DNA from: an uncultured Nitrososphaerota archaeon
Lineage (GTDB): Archaea > Asgardarchaeota > Njordarchaeia > Njordarchaeales > Njordarchaeaceae
DNA: 64,000 bases
Assembly (NCBI GenBank): GCA_964518475.1
Contig: CAZFGR010000001.1
Span: forward strand, 320,001 to 384,000
Direction of reading: 5' to 3'
Every line of letters starts with the position of its first letter. Within the stretch, counting starts at the first letter, position 1. The position numbers and the translations under genes are program-made. The notes beneath the pieces are model-generated. The model did not search any database and had not been told where the DNA came from. It saw nothing but the letters and a program-made list of their open reading frames with translations. This document shows, piece by piece, positions 48,217 through 57,642 of the stretch.

Positions 48217-50861
48217 CTCGCTTTCTCTTCCTTGCTCTTCTTGAGTCTCTCATACATTGCTAGAATCCATGCTTCCCTATCTTTCATCGTTAATATGTCG
48301 GCTTCTGCTGAGAGGATCAGATTATGCGCAAATGGTGACGCTAGAGTTAGGTCTCTCTTCTTCGCTTGCAAAACCCTGATTTTTCCTTCTCTAATCCATT
48401 TTAACACTTGCTCGGCATGTTCTACGTCCATGTAATCTTCCAAGATTTCCCTGAAAGTTTCTTTTATCACTGGAAAATCTTCGCCTAGATACTTGAGAAG
48501 CGTCTGTGCTTTGATTTTCCTTTTCTCCACGGAGATTACTTTTCCTTTATAGGCTCTAAGAATCATAAAACTTCTGACTGCACAGTGCCTGAACCTGTTA
48601 ACAAAGAGCTCTGTTCCCTTAATAGCTTCCTTTAAAACACTTCTCAAATCTGCTTGGAGCAACTCATCAATTATTTTCCTAGGCTCTAGTCGTATGCCTC
48701 TAGGTAACACGAGAGCGAAACCATCATCCGTGATTCCTATACCGACGTTGCTTCTTACAAGTTTTGACGCGATGTACGCACAAGCTCGAGAAAGCGCGTC
48801 GTTCACTCTTCTACCGTATGGTGCATGAAAGATTATGGTGTACCTTCCCAGGTCATCAATGAATTCCTCTAGAACAATCTTTCTATGCGATGGAATAATT
48901 CCAAGAAACTCCAGTTGATCCTTAAAATACCTCACTATGTTCTCGGCACAATAACGTCCTAGCTTAAAGTTCTCTCTTAACCATTTCTTAGCCGCTTCAC
49001 GACCTTCTTCTTTAAGGACTTTTTCAAGTATCTCTCTAAATTCTCCCACGCCTAGTGAGAGATCCCAGCTTCTCGGTAACATCTCACCTATCCAAGAGGG
49101 TACTGTTGGTTTCTCCTCTTTAGCCTCGGATACAAAAACGTTATTTCCTCTTATCTTGATTACTTTATATTTACGGCCGCCTAATACGAAGACGTCTCCG
49201 GGAACTAATCGTTCAACGAATGGTTCCGATAGCCGCCCAATAAATTTCCTTCTCTTCTCCTTCGTAACTAATATAACGTCATAATCAGCTTCTTCTGGAA
49301 TCGTACCTAAGTTGAGAAAATATATCATTCTGGATCCTTTCTTCCGGCCAAAAACACCCTCCTCTTCATCGTACCATAGTTTGCGATAAACCTGCCTGTA
49401 CTCTAGATCCACATGATATCCTGCTAAATATTTTAGAACAGCTATGAAGTCTGCCCAGTCTAGTGAGTGAAAGTTATAGGATCTCTTAATCAGCTTATAA
49501 GCCTCATCCACGCTCCATTTCTTTTCAAGGCTCATCCCAACGAGGTGTTGTGCGAGTACGTCGAGAGGGTTCTTAGGTATCCGCACTCTATCGATTTTTC
49601 CCTCATAGGCATACTTTACTAGGACAGTACACTCTACGAGATCATCTTCGTCCATCGCTATGAATCGTCCTCTCGAAACCTTATGAAGTGCGTGGCCGGC
49701 CCGGCCTATTCTCTGGAGCCCTTTGGCTACGCTTTTAGGGGATCCTATTTGAACAACAAGATCGATATACCCTATGTCTATGCCCAGTTCTAGGCTTGTG
49801 CTAGTTACAACGGCTTTAAGCTCGCCCCTCTTTAGTTTTTCTTCCACCTCTAATCTAATATCCCTCCCTAATGAGCTATGATGCGTTCCTAGAAGCCTCG
49901 TGAAGCTCTCACCCAGGATTTCCGCTAGCTTATGGGCTACGTTTTCTGCTCCCGATCTAGTGTTCGTAAAAATGAGTGTAGTACGATATCTTCGGATATA
50001 GTTTTTAAGAATCTCGTACATTTTTCTGCTCGCAGCCTCTCTATTTCGCAAATCCTTAACGGGACAGATAACCCTAAGGTCTAGCTGTTTAATTGCTGGT
50101 ACCTTTATTATATCGCATTGACGCGGCTTGCCATCATCTCTAAAGCCCACTAACCATTTGGCGATCTCTTTCACAGGTGCTTGTGTTGCACTTAAGCCTA
50201 TACGCGTAAATTCCTCATCGACCCAGTATTGCAACCTCTCCAGACTCAACGATAGGTGTGCTCCTCTCTTATTACTGCTTAATTCATGCACCTCGTCTAC
50301 GATTACCCATCTAACATTCGATAGGTGCTTTCGGAACTTAGGCGCGTTTAAAACTATCGCGAGAGACTCGGGCGTCGTTATCAGGATATGGGGTGGTTTC
50401 TTGAGCATTTTGTTTCTCTGCGACTGTGGCGTATCACCCGTTCGCACAAATGCCCTAATGTCTGGTAATTCTACCCCCAACTCATCCGCAACCATCTTTA
50501 TTCCCGCTAAGGGGACTTGCAGGTTCCGTCTTATATCATTAGAGAGGGCTCTTAGAGGAGAAACGTATACGCAGTATACTTTATCCTCTAATTCTCCTTT
50601 TTCACCAAGTTTGAACAGATCATTAATTATCGCCAAAAACGCTGCCAAGGTTTTTCCAGAACCCGTTGGGGAGAAAACTAATACGTTTCTTCTATTCTTT
50701 ATACGAGGAATAGCATATCGTTGGGGAAGAGTAAATGTTTTAAACGTCTTGCGGAACCACTCCGCAACATATGGTTGGAGCATCGAGAAAATGTCTCTGT
50801 CTGCTGGAGGTTTTTCATTAACAGTTATTATTGTATCCTCTTCCCTATCCTTTTTCATCAT
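48213..50861 (-). CDS. lhr: Lhr family SF2 ATP-dependent helicase
   Basis: PTGSGKT, ITTPESL, DEVH, LSAT, SLELGID, QRIGRAGH, PSWIGE, SPFA. Confidence 0.95.
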   Translation of the reverse strand: MMKKDREEDTIITVNEKPPADRDIFSMLQPYVAEWFRKTFKTFTLPQRYAIPRIKNRRNVLVFSPTGSGKTLAAFLAIINDLFKLGEKGELEDKVYCVYVSPLRALSNDIRRNLQVPLAGIKMVADELGVELPDIRAFVRTGDTPQSQRNKMLKKPPHILITTPESLAIVLNAPKFRKHLSNVRWVIVDEVHELSSNKRGAHLSLSLERLQYWVDEEFTRIGLSATQAPVKEIAKWLVGFRDDGKPRQCDIIKVPAIKQLDLRVICPVKDLRNREAASRKMYEILKNYIRRYRTTLIFTNTRSGAENVAHKLAEILGESFTRLLGTHHSSLGRDIRLEVEEKLKRGELKAVVTSTSLELGIDIGYIDLVVQIGSPKSVAKGLQRIGRAGHALHKVSRGRFIAMDEDDLVECTVLVKYAYEGKIDRVRIPKNPLDVLAQHLVGMSLEKKWSVDEAYKLIKRSYNFHSLDWADFIAVLKYLAGYHVDLEYRQVYRKLWYDEEEGVFGRKKGSRMIYFLNLGTIPEEADYDVILVTKEKRRKFIGRLSEPFVERLVPGDVFVLGGRKYKVIKIRGNNVFVSEAKEEKPTVPSWIGEMLPRSWDLSLGVGEFREILEKVLKEEGREAAKKWLRENFKLGRYCAENIVRYFKDQLEFLGIIPSHRKIVLEEFIDDLGRYTIIFHAPYGRRVNDALSRACAYIASKLVRSNVGIGITDDGFALVLPRGIRLEPRKIIDELLQADLRSVLKEAIKGTELFVNRFRHCAVRSFMILRAYKGKVISVEKRKIKAQTLLKYLGEDFPVIKETFREILEDYMDVEHAEQVLKWIREGKIRVLQAKKRDLTLASPFAHNLILSAEADILTMKDREAWILAMYERLKKSKEEKAS

Positions 50862-50994
50862 TTTAAATCCCGAAACCCCTGTTAAGGTAATGTGATTATC
50901 AGGATAATAGCTTTCCAGATCAGTGAGCAATATGTGAGAATACTGTATTCAAAATGTGAAGACATCAACATACTATTAGATTATGGTGTAAAAG

Positions 50995-52302
50995 ATGAAA
51001 CACAACAAAAAAATTGCGAATGTAGCCATAATCACAACGGGTTGTGCTGTTAATCAAGCGTACTCTGAAATAATGAGGGGGCTCTTAAAAGCCGCTGGAT
51101 ACACTATCGTACAGGATGTTAATGAAGCCGATGTAATCATTTTGAATGCGTGTGCGATTAAAAAGCCTACTGAGGATAGGATGATTTCCCTTGCCAAAAA
51201 ATTATCGATGAGCGGAAAGAAGCTAATAATAGCTGGTTGCTTAGCCGAAGTATCACATGATAGAATTCAGCGAACAATTCCTACAGCTAGTTTAGTAGGG
51301 CCCTATAACCTCTTCAAAATCCAGGACCTCATCCCCCAAGTGCTGGAAGGGAAGAGAGTAGTATTGATGGAGAAGGAAGACTTCACGCCCCTCGGTAAAA
51401 CAAGAGAACTTTTCAATAAGTTCATTGCTGTCGTACCGATAGCCAGAGGCTGCTTAGGCCATTGCGCATATTGCGTGGATAAGAGGATATGGGGGGATCT
51501 AAAGTCCTATCCAAAAGAACAGATAGTTGAGGAAGTAAAAGCTCTTGTAGAAAAAGGCGTACGTGAGATTAGATTATCCGCTCAGGATACCGGGCCTTAC
51601 GGCTGGGATCTAGGTTATACGCTAGTCGATTTGCTTAAGGAAATAATAGAGATTCCTGGAGATTTCCGCATAAGGATTGGGATGATGTCCCCTGACACTG
51701 CTATGAAGATAATAGATGATCTTTTAGAGATCATGAAAACAACATCGAAGATATACAAGTATCTCCATATTCCTGTTCAATCAGGATCAAATAGGATTCT
51801 GAGGAAAATGAATAGAAAGTATACTGTTGAGGAATTCATAGACCTTGTCGAGACCATACGGAGAAAATTAGGCCCCGACACAACAATAGCCACCGATATA
51901 ATAACGGGTTTCCCAGGAGAAACAGAAGAAGATCACAGAGCCTCTATAGAACTACTCGAAACTACCAAACCAGATATTATCAATCTCTCCCGCTACGGAG
52001 ATAGACCAGGTGTTCCCTCCTCAAAGCTTTATCCAAAAATTCATAGCAAAATACTGAAGAGAAGATCAAGGGAACTTGCTGAAGTTATACGAAGAATAAG
52101 CTACGAGCGGAACCAGCCCTATGTTAACAAGGCTTATGAAGCCTTACTTTTAGAAAAAGATGGCGCTAATCTTATCGGAAGGCTCTTTAACTATAAGCTA
52201 ATCGTTGTTAAAGGAAAAGGTAACGAGGACTTACTCGGGAAATTCGTTAAGGTACGGATCAATGACGCCACCTGGAAAACTCTTTATGGAGAAGTACTAT
52301 AA
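50995..52302 (+). CDS. mtaB: tRNA t6A methylthiotransferase (MiaB-like, archaeal/eukaryal MtaB type)
   Basis: GCAVN, GCLGHCAYC, QDTGPYG, RIGMM, PVQSGS, GFPGET, TRAM domain. Confidence 0.9.
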   Translation: MKHNKKIANVAIITTGCAVNQAYSEIMRGLLKAAGYTIVQDVNEADVIILNACAIKKPTEDRMISLAKKLSMSGKKLIIAGCLAEVSHDRIQRTIPTASLVGPYNLFKIQDLIPQVLEGKRVVLMEKEDFTPLGKTRELFNKFIAVVPIARGCLGHCAYCVDKRIWGDLKSYPKEQIVEEVKALVEKGVREIRLSAQDTGPYGWDLGYTLVDLLKEIIEIPGDFRIRIGMMSPDTAMKIIDDLLEIMKTTSKIYKYLHIPVQSGSNRILRKMNRKYTVEEFIDLVETIRRKLGPDTTIATDIITGFPGETEEDHRASIELLETTKPDIINLSRYGDRPGVPSSKLYPKIHSKILKRRSRELAEVIRRISYERNQPYVNKAYEALLLEKDGANLIGRLFNYKLIVVKGKGNEDLLGKFVKVRINDATWKTLYGEVL

Positions 52303-52944
52303 TTTGTACCAACTAAATACTAGGTACTTTATCTCACCATTAGCGAGTATAGTAGCTATAACGAATTTCTTCCTAACACTAGTTGCTAATCGGCCGGCCC
52401 TTATGATATCTATTCCTAACAACTGCGTATCTTTAGAATACACTGTTACGAGGAAGGGCGCGTGATCAATCCCTGGCCCATATTTATAGACTGAGAAATC
52501 ACTCCCGAACTTCAAACCAGGTCTCACTATAAAGCCTTTATCCCTGAGATCTTTATACACATGGTACTTAGCATCAAAAGCACTATAGTTCCTTCTCCCT
52601 ATCTCCCTAACCGCCTCGGCCTCGAGTTCCTTACCCTCACTATCCACTACTTTAACGACCCCTGCCTCCAGTAGGTACAATACTTCATACAGGGAGAGTT
52701 CATAGGGCACATTATACTTCACACCAATTTTTGGTTTAGGGATTCCTAGTGGTTTCCCAAAAAACCCGCAATAATACAGCTTATAGCCCTTTTCAGGATC
52801 CCATATGATGGCTCTATCCCCGAAGAGTTGTACTACGATGCCCTCTCCCTTGAGATCTTCTAACCTTCTCTGCCACGGATTCTCCTCAAAGAACCTTTTG
52901 AGATTTTCTAAGGACTTCGATGATAAATCCTTCAAGTGAATCAC
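52297..52944 (-). CDS. endA: tRNA-splicing endonuclease catalytic subunit with crenarchaeal-type specificity loop
   Basis: GLKFGSDF.VY..GPG.DHA, RKK catalytic residues; GFFGKPLGIPKPK loop. Confidence 0.93.
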   Translation of the reverse strand: MIHLKDLSSKSLENLKRFFEENPWQRRLEDLKGEGIVVQLFGDRAIIWDPEKGYKLYYCGFFGKPLGIPKPKIGVKYNVPYELSLYEVLYLLEAGVVKVVDSEGKELEAEAVREIGRRNYSAFDAKYHVYKDLRDKGFIVRPGLKFGSDFSVYKYGPGIDHAPFLVTVYSKDTQLLGIDIIRAGRLATSVRKKFVIATILANGEIKYLVFSWYKL

Positions 52945-53013
52945 CTAAGCATCAGAAAGACCTTACTGAAAACTTAAAAAGATAGTCCAAATTGTATAAA
53001 GAATGAATCACAT

Positions 53014-53113
53014 GCGGGGGTGCCCGAGAGGTCAAAGGGGCCAGTTTCCTAAGGTCATACTGAGGCTCTGGTGGCGCAGGCCTTCGCGGGTTCGAATCCC
53101 GCCCCCCGCACCA
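53014..53113 (+). tRNA. tRNA-Leu(GAG) with 14-nt intron at 30/31 (53045-53058)
   Basis: GCGGGGG acceptor; spliced CCAGA-CT-GAG-GC-TCTGG; BHB helix GGCC/GGTC; long variable arm; CCA. Confidence 0.92.
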
Positions 53114-53193
53114 ATCTATACCTCTGAACATTTAATAACATATTCTTCTTCTCCTTAGCATCATTCCTCGAACCATATTATGAGAGGATAACA

Positions 53194-54273
53194 TTGCGTA
53201 TACTTGAGATCGATAAAAAACAAGGCCTCATCAAGATTCTAGTGGAGAACACCGATGATCTGTATGTCTTGTTCTCTTTCATAAGACCCGGCGACATAGC
53301 GGTGGCGAGAACCTCAAGACGCATAAAGATTCGAGAAGGCGTATCTGTGCGAAAACCAATGGTTCTAAAAATAGAGATCCAAGACGTGGGGTTTCACGAG
53401 TTTGCAGAAATGTTGCGATTAAAGGGAAGAATTCTTGAGGGGCCTGAACGTTTCGTCTCCATAGGATCTTACCACACAATTAATGTAAAAGCGGGCGATT
53501 CTATCACAATAATAAGGCCGGAAGGCCTCAGTGATATTGATCTACAACCCCTCAGAGAAGCCGAGGAATTGACCAAGTTTAGCCCTATATTATTGATAGC
53601 TATTGAAGAAGAAGAAGCCACAATCGGAGTCTTAACTTCTTACGGATTAAAAGTATTAACCAGCGTCCGAGGAGTTTTCGCTGATAAATCCGATAAAGAG
53701 TATGAATCCCGCTTACGCAAATTCTTCTCCGATGTCTTAAGCGTTGTTTCAGAAGCTATAAACCAGTATGAGCCACAAGCAATAATTATTGGCGGCCCTG
53801 GATTCACAAAAGAACACTTCGCAGATTTTGTTAAGGAAAGACTCAACAGGAAGATCCCCATTCTGATTGACTCCGTCACTAGTGGTACTGAGGCCGGCCT
53901 CTACGAATTAATTAGACGAGGCACACCTCAGAAAGTTTTGGCTGAGCAGCGAGTAGCTGAGGAGACAGCGAAAATAGAAGAATTACTCATGCATATTGGG
54001 AAAAACGATAGATTAGCGGTCTATGGATACGAAGAAGTCAAAGAAGCATTAGAGATGGGGGCCGTAGAGACCTTGATGATATCAATGTCTCTTATAAACA
54101 CCACTGATTTGAATCTTAGAAAGAGGATCTTGGAACTCGTGAAATTGGCCAAAGCTACGAGGAGTAGGATATTATTCGTAAGTACGATGCATCCTGCAGG
54201 GAAGCAATTTGCGCGACTAGGTGGAATCGCGGCCATACTAAGGTACCCTATAAAAACATTAAATCATTATTAG
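53194..54273 (+). CDS. pelA: mRNA surveillance protein Pelota (aDom34)
   Basis: DDLY.L, RLKGRI, GSYHT, GPGFTKE, LGGIAAILRY. Confidence 0.95.
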   Translation: MRILEIDKKQGLIKILVENTDDLYVLFSFIRPGDIAVARTSRRIKIREGVSVRKPMVLKIEIQDVGFHEFAEMLRLKGRILEGPERFVSIGSYHTINVKAGDSITIIRPEGLSDIDLQPLREAEELTKFSPILLIAIEEEEATIGVLTSYGLKVLTSVRGVFADKSDKEYESRLRKFFSDVLSVVSEAINQYEPQAIIIGGPGFTKEHFADFVKERLNRKIPILIDSVTSGTEAGLYELIRRGTPQKVLAEQRVAEETAKIEELLMHIGKNDRLAVYGYEEVKEALEMGAVETLMISMSLINTTDLNLRKRILELVKLAKATRSRILFVSTMHPAGKQFARLGGIAAILRYPIKTLNHY

Positions 54274-54312
54274 TATCATAAGTAAGGACTAGACAAGGAA
54301 GGAGGAGAATTC

Positions 54313-54975
54313 ATGCCGAGGCCTCTTCTACAAATAGCTCTGGATCTCATAGACTTGAAAAAAGCTCTCGAGTTAGCCCGAGTTTTGGTCGAAAATAATG
54401 TCGATATCGTGGAGGCCGGCACCCCCCTTCTATATGCTCACGGCGTTCGTAACGTAATACCAAAGCTGCGGCAAATTGTTGGTGATCGATCCCTCATATC
54501 CGCTGATTTGAAGATTTCTGATGCTGGTGCTTTGTCTAGTAAAATAGCGTTCGAGCATGAGGCCGATATAGTATCGGTGATAGGGGTGGCCTCTGAAAAA
54601 ACGATCTTGGATGCTCTAGATACTGCTAAAGAATACGGAGGCCAAGTAATGGTTGATTTGATCTGCTCTAAGAACCTAGTTGATGATGCTTTAAAGGCAC
54701 TAAAACTTGGCGCGGATTATGTACTGGTCCATGTGGGCCTAGATCAGCAATCCTCAGGAGTAAAAGTTGTAGATAGACTAGAGAGGATAGGGGGAATAAT
54801 ACCTCCGAAGAAACTCGCCGTAGCGGGAGGCATAACACCACAGAATGCTCATGTGGTACTAAAGTACAACCCAGCTATAATGATTGTAGGGGGAGCAGTC
54901 TATAGATCACCTAACCCAGCAGAAGTCCTTCGTAAACTAAAAGAGATTATTCAGTTAAGCGGTTCTGATCAATAA
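54313..54975 (+). CDS. hps: 3-hexulose-6-phosphate synthase (OMPDC/HUMPS family)
   Basis: LQIALD, EAGTPL, ADLKISDAG, HVGLDQQ, AVAGGI. Confidence 0.88.
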   Translation: MPRPLLQIALDLIDLKKALELARVLVENNVDIVEAGTPLLYAHGVRNVIPKLRQIVGDRSLISADLKISDAGALSSKIAFEHEADIVSVIGVASEKTILDALDTAKEYGGQVMVDLICSKNLVDDALKALKLGADYVLVHVGLDQQSSGVKVVDRLERIGGIIPPKKLAVAGGITPQNAHVVLKYNPAIMIVGGAVYRSPNPAEVLRKLKEIIQLSGSDQ

Positions 54976-55411
54976 CTGGCTCTACCTCTAACGGTTTTCT
55001 TAAACTATATTCTACGATACGCCCCTGCTTCCTCGAAATCAAGAAACCATCCTCTTCCAGCCTTCTCAGGTATGTCGAGCACGTAGATACTCTAATTTCC
55101 TCTCCAAAAAGCTCCTCATAAGCCTCTTTAGCCTCCAAGCTGTTAAACCATTGACCATACCTGAAAACCGTTGATATCGCTTGTTTGAGCCTCTCGTATA
55201 TGGATATATTTGTCCTAGCTCTCGGCTTCTCACTACTCGACTCCACAGTGTTTGCACCCGATATTATGTTCGAGATAAATTTCTGCAAGATCTTAAGCTG
55301 CTTCTCACCAAAATCACTACTGATAGATACCTCGAGCTCCAAATCACCCTTCCGCAGTTTCAATTTAAGGCCACTGTTGTCTGCCACTGGAATCTCCCGA
55401 GAAACACTCAT
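54947..55411 (-). CDS. Winged-helix DNA-binding protein adjacent to the putative origin
   Basis: WFNS..AKEAYEELFGEEI..STCSTYLRRLEEDGFL...KQGR..EY. Confidence 0.75.
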   Translation of the reverse strand: MSVSREIPVADNSGLKLKLRKGDLELEVSISSDFGEKQLKILQKFISNIISGANTVESSSEKPRARTNISIYERLKQAISTVFRYGQWFNSLEAKEAYEELFGEEIRVSTCSTYLRRLEEDGFLISRKQGRIVEYSLRKPLEVEPVIDQNRLTE

Positions 55412-55557
55412 TATTTATCCCTAGTCTCGATGATTGATACTCACCATGGACTATATAAACAGGCGAAACACATTAGAAACACAGGATCTCTAACCAAGAA
55501 CATAATTTGATAAGGAAATCACTCAATGGAAAAGATCTTCACTATGAAGATCCCATG

Positions 55558-56080
55558 CTCTCCTTGTTTCCAGTGGAAACCGAGTCTATGAATCGCTCGA
55601 ATTACAGCTCTAATTAAACATTTTGATTTTTTCGAGTCAGAGACTCTAGTCTCATTTACTAAAGACTTTCTCTATACTTGATTCATGATACTAAACAATA
55701 TTCCATAACTAGAATTAGCAACCTTATTATTCTCTGATAGTGTTCCCGTAGTTAGCTAATACTGCGTAATAAACATCGCCGAGAAGAGTTAGCTGGAGAT
55801 CATTAGAGTGCAGGTGTGTAGACGCACTGTTAAAGGGTCTTTTCCAATAGAAATATGGGGGGATTGTTTCTTCACATTTCACAACATTGTGAATATTTTT
55901 TGAACCCCCTCATTTCCAGTGGAAACATCGAAACGAAGCATTCCTTGTTCACAACAAGGCAATTGATACAAAATAAAATTTTCTCACTGTGATCTTTGCA
56001 AAATGAAGCGATTTTTGGCCAATCGGCGCATTTTGAATTTTTCACACTTACACTCTGTGAACACCAAATTTCCACTGGAG
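55558..56080. other. Putative chromosomal replication origin (oriC) with ORB elements
   Basis: GTTTCCAGTGGAAAC 55566-55580; TTTCCAATAGAAATATGGGGGG 55841-55862 (+); GTTTCCACTGGAAATGAGGGGG 55905-55926 (-); CTCCAGTGGAAA 56069-56080 (-); AT-rich 42-nt spacer between the inward-facing G-strings. Confidence 0.8.
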
Positions 56081-56133
56081 AATACTTGATATGGTATGTC
56101 AAGAAGAACAGCTTATTATACGAGAACAAAGGT

Positions 56134-56241
56134 TGGTGCGGGGGGCGGGATTCGAACCCGCGAAGGCCTGCGCCACCGGATCTTGAGTTTGGCCCTGAGT
56201 CAATAAAGTCCGGCCCCTTTGGCCAGCTCGGGAACCCCCGC
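56134..56241 (-). tRNA. tRNA-Leu(CAA) with 21-nt intron at 30/31 (56189-56209)
   Basis: Spliced CCGGA-CT-CAA-GA-TCCGG; BHB helix GGCC/GGCC; long variable arm; CCA. Confidence 0.92.
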
Positions 56242-56441
56242 ATGCTGATTCTATCATCGATAAATAGTGGTTCCATTTTTTTAAAACTATTCCTGCAATT
56301 GATTAGAGAAAACAAAAAGATTTTCTAACAGCTGCAAGTAAAAAGATATATCAACGGAACCGCAATATCCCCTGTTAAAGAAATTAGATTAGATAAGAAT
56401 AAATAAGGATAAAGGGAATCCCTTTTCTAGAGGTGTGAAGT

Positions 56442-56669
56442 ATGGTTAAGCTCACTCTACCTGATGGTAGAACTATAGAAGGTGAAGAAATAAAATTCGA
56501 GCCGATTAAGGAGGACTGGAATATTTATAGATTAGAGGATGGTAGAATACTGAAAGTGAAACTTGTCTTAGTCAAAGTATATAAAACGTCGGAGAGGGAT
56601 CCAATTACAGGAGAACCCATATATGTGACAGTATCAACAAACGTCGTAACTACATCTTCCAAACAATGA
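56442..56669 (+). CDS. Small hypothetical protein
   Basis: GAGGTG RBS; EDWNIYRLEDG...DPITGEPIY. Confidence 0.7.
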   Translation: MVKLTLPDGRTIEGEEIKFEPIKEDWNIYRLEDGRILKVKLVLVKVYKTSERDPITGEPIYVTVSTNVVTTSSKQ

Positions 56670-56686
56670 TTTAAGGGAGAGAGAAT

Positions 56687-56923
56687 ATGTCTTCTCTTTC
56701 AGTTAATTTAACGGTATACGAGATCGATTACCTTCGCCAGAAAATTAGTAAAACTAGTACAATGAATCTCAGTGATACAAGAATAAGATCTCATGAGGTC
56801 GTCCTCTCGACCAGAACTGAACTTAAAGAGCTCTTAAGGAACCTTAGGGCACGTGCCGCTATTTTTTCCGACGAAGAGATATTAGAGGAAATAAAGAAAT
56901 GGAGAGAAGAGAAGAAGCACTAG
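56687..56923 (+). CDS. Putative antitoxin
   Basis: 78 aa, SDEEILEEIKKWR C-terminus, overlaps the PIN gene. Confidence 0.55.
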   Translation: MSSLSVNLTVYEIDYLRQKISKTSTMNLSDTRIRSHEVVLSTRTELKELLRNLRARAAIFSDEEILEEIKKWREEKKH

Positions 56924-57366
56924 GCATTGTCATGGACACTAATGTGCTCGTCTCAGCTGTTCTCTCAACTCATGGAAAATGTGCTCGAATTCTGGAGTAT
57001 GTTATCGATGGTCTTATAATAAATTTCATCTCCGTAGAGATCTTATGTGAACTAAAATGCGTATTAAGCAGACCCAAATTTGCAAAAGTCTTGTCCCAAG
57101 AAGATATTAATAACTATGTACAACTCATAAGACAAGTCTCGAATATCGTCATTCCTCTTACTAGAATCTCTGTATGTAAAGATCCCGATGACAATAAATT
57201 TCTGGAGGTCGCATACGACTCTTGTGCTCAGATAATTGTAAGTGGAGACCCAGACCTACTTTCCTTGAGAAACGCGCATACAAGAGAGACAAAGATAATG
57301 AATAAGAGGATCAAAATACTAGGTCCTACAGAACTTCTAGCATATATTCACAAGAAGAAACCATGA
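56899..57366 (+). CDS. PIN-domain (VapC-like) putative toxin
   Basis: DTNVLVSA, CKDPDDNKFLEVA, IVSGDPDLL. Confidence 0.9.
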   Translation: MERREEALGIVMDTNVLVSAVLSTHGKCARILEYVIDGLIINFISVEILCELKCVLSRPKFAKVLSQEDINNYVQLIRQVSNIVIPLTRISVCKDPDDNKFLEVAYDSCAQIIVSGDPDLLSLRNAHTRETKIMNKRIKILGPTELLAYIHKKKP

Positions 57367-57642
57367 AAACAACCAGCATATACGCTCCACCTTCACGAGA
57401 AAGAAATATCATGCTCAGTTTGAGATACTTTTAGATGCTAAAGAATTGTTCTCTAAGTTTTGATAGGTCTAGATCTTGTTTTTAGTCCTTCGAGAGCTCC
57501 TGTATTATCCATGATGCGTTAGGAATGTTGCATGAGAAAGCTACTATTTGTTTGGCTGATGGAGTGGGGTAAAACCTAGATATGATTCTTAGTATAAAAT
57601 GTCTTTGAGGTTCAGATGTTGTTCTAGTAAGGGGTTGTCGGT

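Noticed and set aside
50128-50895. 255-aa + strand ORF and similar antisense ORFs within long genes
   Set aside because: Shadow ORFs antisense to well-supported genes such as lhr, topA, valS, nnr and the ATPase subunits.
55566-56080. Repeated TTTCCA.TGGAAA motif as a CRISPR array
   Set aside because: Copies are short, irregularly spaced and in both orientations with G-strings, which fits ORBs; no cas genes are present.
55872-56328. ORF-track ORFs 55872..56315(-) and 55996..56328(+)
   Set aside because: They overlap tRNA-Leu(CAA) and the ORB array, and have non-protein-like composition.
57511-57559. ATGATGC...CTGA pair in the island
   Set aside because: Internal boxes are absent; the region looks like a decayed coding remnant.
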